NCBI GenBank assembly: GCA_023392185.1
Contig: JAEVZP010000147.1
Coordinates: forward strand, 1-45,202
Length of the DNA stretch: 45,202 nt
Direction: 5' to 3'
From: Bacteroidota bacterium
GTDB taxonomy: Bacteria; Bacteroidota; Bacteroidia; Chitinophagales; Chitinophagaceae
Shown in pieces: positions 35,766 through 43,359 of the stretch. Below the pieces are notes generated by a model. That model was not told the origin of the DNA. It ran no database searches and worked only from the letters and a program-made list of their open reading frames with translations. The position numbers and the translations under genes were made by a program. Position 1 is the first letter of the stretch; every line of letters starts with the position of its first letter.

Positions 35766-36860
35766 ATGCGCTATTACATTCTTGCCGGCGAAGCCAGCGG
35801 CGACCTGCACGGCGCAGCCCTGATTCGCGCCCTCAAAGTTGCTGATCCGGAGGCCGAATTCCGGGCGTGGGGCGGCGATCGTATGGAAGCAGCCGGAGCG
35901 CCGCTCGTGAAGCATTACCGCGATCTCGCTTTTATGGGTTTTGTGGAAGTGGTGAAACACCTCGGCACCATTCTGCGCAACATCCGGCTGGCCAAGGAAG
36001 ACATTACCGCCTACCGCCCCGATGTGTTGATTCTGATCGACTATCCGGGTTTTAATATGCGCATTGCCAAATGGGCTAAGGAAAGGGGAATCCGGGTGGT
36101 GTATTATATCTCGCCGCAGATCTGGGCCTGGAAGGAAGGCCGGGTCAAAGCCTTGCGCCGCGATGTAGATCAAATGCTGGTGATTCTTCCTTTTGAAAAG
36201 GATTTTTATAAAAAACACGATATGGATGTGGCTTATGTGGGCCACCCCCTGATTGGCGCGATAGCGGCGCAAAAGCAAAAACCGATAGACGATTCGCTGC
36301 GGTTCGAAAAGCCGGTAATTGCGCTTTTGCCCGGCTCGCGCGCGCAGGAAATCCGCCAGAAGCTGCCCCTTATGCTGTCGGTAGTAAGGCACTTTCCCCA
36401 CCACCAGTTTGTAGTGGCCGCTGCTCCGGCACAGCCGCTTTCGCTCTACGAAGAGTTGGTAGGCGACCTGCCGGTGGAGATTATTTCCGGAAAAACCTAT
36501 GAGATTTTGCAGGTAGCAACCGCAGCGCTGGTAACGAGCGGCACGGCCACACTGGAAACCGCGCTTTTTGGCGTACCGCAAATTGTGTGTTATCGCGGCA
36601 ACCCCATTTCCTACCAGTTGGCAAAGCGCCTGATCAAGGTGAAATACATCTCGCTGGTAAACCTGATTCTGGATGCGCCGGTGGTTCCGGAACTGATTCA
36701 GGATGCGCTCAACGAAACCAATCTCACCGGGGCGCTTCAAAAACTAACAGATTCCCATTCCACCGAACGAGCCCAGATGCTGGCGCAATACCAAAAGCTG
36801 TGGAACCTTTTGGGCAGCACCGATGCTTCGGCAGAAGCAGCGCGGCACATTGTAGCGTGA
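35766..36860 (+). CDS. lpxB: lipid-A-disaccharide synthase
   Basis: The ORF is trimmed to the ATG at 35766 (MRYYILAGEASGDLHGAALIRALK, the canonical LpxB N-terminus). Also present are LLPGSR and TSGTATLETALFGVPQIV. Confidence 0.9.
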   Translation: MRYYILAGEASGDLHGAALIRALKVADPEAEFRAWGGDRMEAAGAPLVKHYRDLAFMGFVEVVKHLGTILRNIRLAKEDITAYRPDVLILIDYPGFNMRIAKWAKERGIRVVYYISPQIWAWKEGRVKALRRDVDQMLVILPFEKDFYKKHDMDVAYVGHPLIGAIAAQKQKPIDDSLRFEKPVIALLPGSRAQEIRQKLPLMLSVVRHFPHHQFVVAAAPAQPLSLYEELVGDLPVEIISGKTYEILQVATAALVTSGTATLETALFGVPQIVCYRGNPISYQLAKRLIKVKYISLVNLILDAPVVPELIQDALNETNLTGALQKLTDSHSTERAQMLAQYQKLWNLLGSTDASAEAARHIVA

Positions 36861-37095
36861 AGGTTGGAACCTTCGGTGTTGGAGTTGCTTCGCAACGTTG
36901 GAACTTCGTGTTGGAGTGCTTCGCACGCTGGATGATGTTGGAACTTCGCGTGGCTTTTAAATAGAAAGAAACATCACAGAGAAGACCTCAAAAAAGTATT
37001 TTTACGGACCTCCCCTAACATCATCCAACACCCGGAGGGCTCCAACAGCAACGGCTCCAACACGAAGTTCCAACGCACACCGTGCATCCAACCTC
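36859..37095. repeat. ~235-bp compound inverted repeat with 5 GTTGGA[A/G] motifs on the left arm and 5 inverted copies on the right arm
   Basis: A perfect 20-bp inverted repeat pairs GTTGGAACTTCGTGTTGGAG (36896-36915) with CTCCAACACGAAGTTCCAAC (37054-37073). An inner repeat pairs GGATGATGTT (36929-36938) with AACATCATCC (37016-37025). An outer repeat pairs GGTTGGA with TCCAACC. The centre is AT-rich. Confidence 0.85.
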
Positions 37096-37108
37096 AAAAA
37101 CACGCGCT

Positions 37109-37789
37109 ATGACCGAAGATTCCGGAATGCTTTACCTTGTGCCCACGCCAATCGGCAATCTGGGTGACATGACCTACCGGGCGGTGAACGTGCTGAAAAA
37201 GGCCGACCTGATTTTGTGTGAAGACACCCGAACCTCCGGCGTCCTGCTCAAACACTACGAGATTGCCCGGCCCCTGGCTTCGTATCACTTGCACAACGAA
37301 CACCTGCTGACCGAAAAATTTGCGCAGCAGATCGCCGACGGCGCCACGATTGCGCTCATTACCGATGCCGGCACGCCGGGCATTTCCGATCCGGGCTTTC
37401 TGCTGGCCCGTGCCTGTCGCCGGGAGGGGCTGCGGGTAGAATGCCTGCCGGGCGCAACGGCTTTTGTGCCCGCGCTGGTGCAAAGCGGCCTGCCGGCAAG
37501 CAGTTTTGTTTTCGAAGGCTTTCTGCCGGTAAAAAAAGGCCGGCAAACCGCCCTGCAACGCCTGGCTGAAGAAGAAAGAACCGTAATTCTCTACGAATCG
37601 CCCCACCGGCTGGTAAAAACACTTACCGAAATGACGGAACATTTTGGCCCCGAACGACCGGCCTGTGTATGTCGGGAGCTGACGAAAAAGTTTGAGGAAA
37701 GCCGCACCGGAACCCTCGCCGAGCTGGCCGCGCACTACGAAAAACAGCCGCCCAAAGGCGAGATTGTACTGGTGATAGGCGGGAAATAA
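37109..37789 (+). CDS. rsmI: 16S rRNA (cytidine1402-2'-O)-methyltransferase RsmI
   Basis: MLYLVPTPIGNLGDMTYRAVNVLKKADLILCEDTR is the typical RsmI / tetrapyrrole-methylase-fold N-terminus. I prefer the ATG at 37109 over the GTG at 37082, which lies inside the inverted-repeat element. An ATG at 37127 is also possible. Confidence 0.85.
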   Translation: MTEDSGMLYLVPTPIGNLGDMTYRAVNVLKKADLILCEDTRTSGVLLKHYEIARPLASYHLHNEHLLTEKFAQQIADGATIALITDAGTPGISDPGFLLARACRREGLRVECLPGATAFVPALVQSGLPASSFVFEGFLPVKKGRQTALQRLAEEERTVILYESPHRLVKTLTEMTEHFGPERPACVCRELTKKFEESRTGTLAELAAHYEKQPPKGEIVLVIGGK

Positions 37790-37898
37790 AGAAAATTTCC
37801 GGAAAATTCTTCCGCGACGCGGTTTGGCGTGTCTGCACCTGAAATTTGCAAAGAGCGGGCCGAAGGCTGTTTTGGCCTTTCTACCGTAAATTTCGCTT

Positions 37899-39686
37899 AT
37901 GTCCCAGTCGTTTTTTGCTGCCGCCGACCTGCCCCGGCAGTTCTCGCTTTTCTTCCAGGATGAAGGTTTTCAGCCTTTTGCGCACCTGCTTTTTCGGAAA
38001 TTAAGCGAAGGCAACGTCTGCATCCACATCGATGATCTGGAGCGGGAAAAACAAAGCCTGCCGGAAAGCTATCAGGAAGCCTTGGCTGCCGGCCGCTGCT
38101 CGCCCTACAATGCACGGCTCGTGGGCGGAGAAACCGACCTGCGCAAACCCTTTATCCTGCACAACGACCGGCTGTATCTGCAACGCTATTTCCGGTATGA
38201 AACCATTTGTGTAGAGCGCATCCGCCGCTTTGCCGAGGAAGAAGAGACTTGCCTGCCGGAGCGGATTGAAGCCCTTCAGGCGTGTAAGGATTTGGTGGAA
38301 AAGCTTTTCGGGAAGGCAGCTACCGGCCCTGACTGGCAACTAACGGCCGCCCTTTGCGCGGCGCTCCAAAACTTTACGATTGTTACCGGCGGACCGGGCA
38401 CGGGCAAAACGACTACCGTAGCCAAACTGCTGGCCCTGCTGTTCACCCTGCAACCTACGTTGCGCGTGGCCCTGGCCGCGCCTACCGGAAAAGCCGCTGC
38501 CCGCATGGCCGAGAGCCTGCGAACAGCGCCGCTGCCCGATGAATTTGAGCCCCTGCGCGATCATTTTGCGGCGCTTTCGCCCGCCACCATTCACCGGCTC
38601 CTGAAGGCACAACGCCATTCGCCTTATTTCCACCACGATTCCGGAAATCCGCTGCCTTTCGACCTGATTATTGCCGATGAAAGCAGTATGATTGATGTGG
38701 CCTTGTTTGCCAAGCTGCTACAAGCAATCGGGCCGGGCACCCGCCTGATTTTGCTGGGCGATAAAAGTCAGCTGGCCTCGGTAGAAGCCGGCAGCATGTT
38801 TGGCGATTTGTGCGGTGCGCTTTCTCACACCAACCGGTTTTGCTCCCGGTGGCATCAGCTACTCAACGATCTTTTCCCCAAAAACGCCGCTCCTTTGCCC
38901 GAAGATGCCGTTTGTGAAGCAGAAAGCCACCCGCTGTTTCGCCGCATCATCACCCTGCAGGTGAGCCACCGCTTCCGCGACGATGCCGGTATCGGGCGCT
39001 TTAGCAAGGCGGTGATTCAAAACGATGAAGTCGCGCTGCAGCAGTTTCTGGAGGAGAATAACGATGTGCAGGTATGCCTTGATGCCGACCACAGCAAAGC
39101 GGTTTTTGAAAGCTTTATTTCCGGGTATGAAGCCTTTATCCGGGAGCCCGATATCCGCACCGCGCTACAAAAGTTAGGCAAATTGCGTGTGCTCGTCGTG
39201 ACGCGGCAGGGCCCTTATGGACTGGCGGATACCAACAGCGCTATCGAAGCGTTTTTGCTGGGCAAAGGCTTGCTGCGACCGCTGCGGGGGCATTACGAAA
39301 ACCGGCCCGTCATCCTCTCCAAAAACTACCCCGACCTGGGCCTTTTCAACGGCGATACCGGGATTGTGCGCCGCGACGAAAAAGGGATTTTGCGGGTTTG
39401 GTTTGAAGGCGCGGGAGGAGAGCTGCGCGCTGTTTTGCCGGGATACCTGCCGGATGCGCAAACGGCCTTCGCCATGACAGTTCACAAAAGCCAGGGATCG
39501 GAGTTCAACGAAGTGCTTGTGCGCCTGCCCGACACCGAAGACATGGCCCTGCTAAGCCGGGAATTGCTTTATACGGCGGTAACCCGCGCCCGCGAAAAAG
39601 TATGGATTCAGGGAAGTGGCAGTGTCGTCCGCGCCGCTGCCGCCCGGAAAATCGCCCGTGCTTCCGGGATTCACGAGCGGTTCTAA
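37899..39686 (+). CDS. recD: exodeoxyribonuclease V alpha subunit RecD
   Basis: Walker A is TGGPGTGKTTTVAKLL. The DExx box is IADESSMID. The C-terminal SF1 motif is AMTVHKSQGSEF. The protein is 595 aa and is followed by recC and recB. Confidence 0.88.
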   Translation: MSQSFFAAADLPRQFSLFFQDEGFQPFAHLLFRKLSEGNVCIHIDDLEREKQSLPESYQEALAAGRCSPYNARLVGGETDLRKPFILHNDRLYLQRYFRYETICVERIRRFAEEEETCLPERIEALQACKDLVEKLFGKAATGPDWQLTAALCAALQNFTIVTGGPGTGKTTTVAKLLALLFTLQPTLRVALAAPTGKAAARMAESLRTAPLPDEFEPLRDHFAALSPATIHRLLKAQRHSPYFHHDSGNPLPFDLIIADESSMIDVALFAKLLQAIGPGTRLILLGDKSQLASVEAGSMFGDLCGALSHTNRFCSRWHQLLNDLFPKNAAPLPEDAVCEAESHPLFRRIITLQVSHRFRDDAGIGRFSKAVIQNDEVALQQFLEENNDVQVCLDADHSKAVFESFISGYEAFIREPDIRTALQKLGKLRVLVVTRQGPYGLADTNSAIEAFLLGKGLLRPLRGHYENRPVILSKNYPDLGLFNGDTGIVRRDEKGILRVWFEGAGGELRAVLPGYLPDAQTAFAMTVHKSQGSEFNEVLVRLPDTEDMALLSRELLYTAVTRAREKVWIQGSGSVVRAAAARKIARASGIHERF

Positions 39687-39786
39687 AATGGAACGCAGAT
39701 AAAACGGGTTCAGACGGATTTACACGGATTTTTTATCTTCAAAAAGCCCCTTTTTCCGGAATTCTGTTTGTACTTCTTCTCTTGAT

Positions 39787-39831
39787 ACTTGTGTCTTGCT
39801 ACTTGCTACTTGTGTCTTGCTACTTGCTACT
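39787..39831. repeat. perfect 21-bp tandem duplication (ACTTGTGTCTTGCTACTTGCT x2 plus a partial unit) 17 nt upstream of the recC start
   Basis: The units are 39787-39807 and 39808-39828. CTTGCTA sub-repeats occur inside each unit. Confidence 0.9.
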
Positions 39832-39847
39832 CAAATTCTCCTAAACC

Positions 39848-42800
39848 ATGCCCATTTCCCTTCAAGTTTCGCACTCTTTGCGCGAACTGGCCCGCCACTT
39901 CACCCGTGATCTTTCCGGGCGGCAGCGGGGCGTGTTCGATGCCGATTATATCGTTACGCAGACGGAGGGCATGAATAACTTTCTGCGCCTGCAGCTGGCC
40001 CGCCACACCGGCATTGCTGCCAACTGCAAATACCTCAGTCCCAACGAGGTGATTTTGCAGGCCTACCGATTGCTTGAGGACGAAACGCAGCGGACCGTCT
40101 CGGTGCCGCAGCTGCGCTGGCAGTTGTATCAGGCCCTGGGAAGCGAAGATTTCCGGAAAAACTTCCCGGATGTAGCCGGATACTATCAAAACAACGAAGC
40201 CGACAGCGACCTGAAGCGGCTGGAACTGGCCGAAAAAGTGGCCGTTCTTTTCGACCAATACCAGATTTACCGACCAAAGCTGATCCGGAAATGGAACCGC
40301 CCGCAGTCCGACCCGGAAGACTGGCAGCAGGCGCTGTGGCAGGCCGTGATGCAATTAACCGAAGGCCGCCTTTCCGACAAAACGCGCATGGGCGACGCCA
40401 TTCTCGAAGCGCTCCGCAATCCCGATAATGTGCGGTATCTGCAACGTCACATGCCAGTGATTCATGTGTTCGGCATTTCGATTATCACCGATTATCACGT
40501 GTCGCTGCTGCATGCCCTGGGCAAGGTGATTGATGTGCGCTTTTACCTGCTCGACCCGGCAGCGGGCGTGTATTGGTATGAAGACCGCAACGAAAAACAA
40601 CTTGCGATCCTTCAAAGCAAAGGCATTGTCATAGAAGGAGCCGAAGGTTCCGGAAATCCGCTGCTCACCAGCTGGGGCCGTGTGGTGCAGGACACCTTCC
40701 GGCTGCTGTTTCGCCACGATGCTTTTCTGAATGCTTATGAAGTGCTGCCCGCCCCGGAGCCTGAGCCGCAAACCCTACTCCAGAAAGTACAGGCCGATAT
40801 CCGTAACGGTGCTGACCGGCACAGTCGCTATTCGCTTTCTGCAACGGACCTGGCCGACGGATCCCTCAGCGTGCATTCCTGCTACACGCCGCTGCGCGAG
40901 GTAGAAGCTTTCTACAATCACCTGATGCTGCTATGGGAGAAAGGAAACGTTTTTTCGCCGCAGGATGTGCTGGTGCTGGTCTCCGACATCAACACCTACG
41001 CACCGTATATCAAAGCCGTGTTCGACAATGCGCCGTACCGCTTTCGCTATACGCTTTCCGACGAAAACCCGCAGGGGGCCGATACGCTCACCGATGCACT
41101 CGTGGCCGTGTTGCAGCTCGATGCCGAGAATTTCAAACCCGAAGAAGTGGCGCAGCTGCTGGAATTCTCCGTCATCCGCGACCGCTTCGGGCTGCATGAC
41201 ACCGCGCTGATCCGCCGGCTGATCCGGGATGCCAACATCCGCTTTGGCCTCGACGGCGACACAGAAGACGACACCCGCTTCGTGAGCTGGCGCTACGGTC
41301 TGCAACGCATTGTGTATGGCGTGTGTATGCAGGGCGATGACCTTTGCACCACCGAAAGCGGCGAAGACCTGCACCCGCTCGACTGTGTGGAAGGCGGCGA
41401 CGCCGAGACGGCCATTCGCTTTGCTTATTTTGCCGAGATGCTGATGCAGCATCTGCAAAACCGCCACCGCGCACGCAGCATTGCCGAGTGGGTGGGCTAC
41501 GTGGAGCGGGTCATCAGTGACCTGATTGCCGACACCGGCGAAGAGATAGACGAAGAGCTGCAAGGGCTTTTAGCACAGCTGGGTGGCTACAACGCTGCTT
41601 TTGAATACATGCCGGAGCCCATTTCCTACGAGGTATTCAGCCGCAGCTTTTTGCAGGGGCTAAAGGGCGCTTCGCAATCCGGCACTTTCGGGTATGGCGG
41701 CATCACGTTTTGCTCTATGGTGCCGATGCGCAGTGTGCCGTTCAAAATCGTGGCCTTGCTGGGCATGGATGCCGATAAATTTCCGCGCCGGGATTCGGTA
41801 GCCTCTTTCAACAAAATGGCCGCGCAGCGCGAAGTAGGCGACCGGAATGTGCGCGACAACGACCGTCACCTCTTTCTCGAAACGGTGCTTTCGGCCGAAG
41901 CGTATCTCTACATCAGTTATCTCGGAAAGGCAGCCAAAGACAATACACCACAGGCACCGAGCCCGCTGGTGGAAGAACTGCTGGATTATATCGAAGACGG
42001 GTTGCCGAAGGCAGAACAGCCGCTCCGCAATTTTGTGGTGCCGCATCCCCTCCACAGCTTTAGTGCCCACTACAACAACGGCGACGCCCGCCTGCGCGAT
42101 TTTCTGCGCCTCGAAGCCGGCTCTACTGCCCAATGGATTCTGGAAGGAAAAGAAAGTGATACCACCATTCCGACGGAAATCGCGCTGCACAGCCTGAGCA
42201 GCTTTGCGACCAATGCCCTGCAAACCTGGTATCGCCACCGCCTGGGCATTGTATATGATCCGTCGGAGGCGGCTTTGTCGGATCTGGAGTTGCTCGCTCC
42301 CAATAATCTGGAGCGCAGTTTTCTGAAAACCAGCTTGCTTTCTTTGGAAGCCGCCGATGCCGAAAGCTGGCGGCTGCAAAAGGTGCGCCGGGGTGCCTTG
42401 CCTTTGCGCAGCATGTCGGTGGTAGTTATGGAAGCCCTGGTGGAAGAAGTGGGCGGGGTGAAAGCGATGCTGAAAAACCTGCTGGGTGATGCACAGCCTG
42501 TGAATGTGGCGGTGTCGGTGGAGTTACCCGGCGGGCTCCGAATTTCCGGAAATCTAACGGTTTATGGCGAAGACAAGCTGTGTTATCCCTGCTTTTCCAA
42601 AAGCGAAGCGCACCACCGCATGAAAGCGGGTCTGACTTATCTGCTGGGCGTAGGCGCAGGCGTGGTGCGCGAATTGCATTTTATATCGCAGAAAGAAGAA
42701 AAGGTTTTTCCGGCGGCAGCCCTTTCGAGGGAAGAAGCGGTCCAAAAGCTACAGGCCATGGTGGAACTGTATCTCGAAGGCCGGGAAGAGCCCTTTGTTT

Positions 42801-43027
42801 TCACCGCTGCCATGCCGGATTGCCTGGCTAAGAAAGACGTTGTGTCCACAATGAAACCGGAGGCTTTCGATGCGGTAATTAAACGTTTTATGGAGCGCGA
42901 ATCGCTGGTGGATGCGTATTTCCGGCATCATCACCGGCAGGGGCTTTGTGGCACTGAAGCCGCGCTTCAAAGCTTCCAGCGAATGCACGCCGTTTTTTAT
43001 GAAAACCTAATGGGGTTATTTGGGTAG
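39848..43027 (+). CDS. recC: exodeoxyribonuclease V gamma subunit RecC
   Basis: The 1059-aa protein lies between recD and recB. The N-terminus (MPISLQVSHSLRELARHF...IVTQTEGMNNFLRLQLA) and the overall length fit RecC. It has no Walker motifs, as expected for RecC. Confidence 0.8.
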   Translation: MPISLQVSHSLRELARHFTRDLSGRQRGVFDADYIVTQTEGMNNFLRLQLARHTGIAANCKYLSPNEVILQAYRLLEDETQRTVSVPQLRWQLYQALGSEDFRKNFPDVAGYYQNNEADSDLKRLELAEKVAVLFDQYQIYRPKLIRKWNRPQSDPEDWQQALWQAVMQLTEGRLSDKTRMGDAILEALRNPDNVRYLQRHMPVIHVFGISIITDYHVSLLHALGKVIDVRFYLLDPAAGVYWYEDRNEKQLAILQSKGIVIEGAEGSGNPLLTSWGRVVQDTFRLLFRHDAFLNAYEVLPAPEPEPQTLLQKVQADIRNGADRHSRYSLSATDLADGSLSVHSCYTPLREVEAFYNHLMLLWEKGNVFSPQDVLVLVSDINTYAPYIKAVFDNAPYRFRYTLSDENPQGADTLTDALVAVLQLDAENFKPEEVAQLLEFSVIRDRFGLHDTALIRRLIRDANIRFGLDGDTEDDTRFVSWRYGLQRIVYGVCMQGDDLCTTESGEDLHPLDCVEGGDAETAIRFAYFAEMLMQHLQNRHRARSIAEWVGYVERVISDLIADTGEEIDEELQGLLAQLGGYNAAFEYMPEPISYEVFSRSFLQGLKGASQSGTFGYGGITFCSMVPMRSVPFKIVALLGMDADKFPRRDSVASFNKMAAQREVGDRNVRDNDRHLFLETVLSAEAYLYISYLGKAAKDNTPQAPSPLVEELLDYIEDGLPKAEQPLRNFVVPHPLHSFSAHYNNGDARLRDFLRLEAGSTAQWILEGKESDTTIPTEIALHSLSSFATNALQTWYRHRLGIVYDPSEAALSDLELLAPNNLERSFLKTSLLSLEAADAESWRLQKVRRGALPLRSMSVVVMEALVEEVGGVKAMLKNLLGDAQPVNVAVSVELPGGLRISGNLTVYGEDKLCYPCFSKSEAHHRMKAGLTYLLGVGAGVVRELHFISQKEEKVFPAAALSREEAVQKLQAMVELYLEGREEPFVFTAAMPDCLAKKDVVSTMKPEAFDAVIKRFMERESLVDAYFRHHHRQGLCGTEAALQSFQRMHAVFYENLMGLFG

Positions 43028-43056
43028 AATTTTTCTCTGGATACCGTGTTTTCGGG

Positions 43057-43136
43057 GCAGGCACAGCCTGCGGAATAGTGCGACATAGGCACAGCCTATG
43101 CCGAACGGGCACGGCCTGCGGGATGCCGAACAGCGA
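43057..43136. repeat. three degenerate ~24-28-bp tandem units, each with a GGCAC[A/G]GCC mini-hairpin
   Basis: The units contain GCAGGCACAGCCTGC, CATAGGCACAGCCTATG and GGGCACGGCCTGCGGG. GCCGAAC recurs at 43100 and 43124. Confidence 0.7.
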
Positions 43137-43207
43137 CTCTGTTGATTAACACTAAGGGCCTATGCTAAAAATAATGAATTGTGAAAGAAGCTGGTTGTCT
43201 TACAGTT

Positions 43208-43269
43208 CTTTTGTCACCCCGGAACGGGGTCTCACAATATTCCAGGATCCCGTTCCGGGATGACAAAAG
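43208..43269. repeat. MITE/REP-like palindromic element, copy 2
   Basis: The sequence is CTTTTGTCACCCCGGAACGGGGTCTCACAATATTCCAGGATCCCGTTCCGGGATGACAAAAG. It has the same termini and two-hairpin layout as 34296-34368. Confidence 0.8.
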
Positions 43270-43359
43270 ATTATGTCCGAAACAACATAATCCGATTTTC
43301 CGGAAATCCGCTCCAAAAGTCCGCAGTTTCCCCTCTGAAAAATTTATATCCCAATAGTC

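Noticed and set aside
39787-39831. The CTTGCTACTTG repeats looked at first like a short CRISPR-like or spacer-repeat array.
   Set aside because: There are only two contiguous 21-bp units with no unique spacers between them. No cas genes are present. It is a simple tandem duplication.
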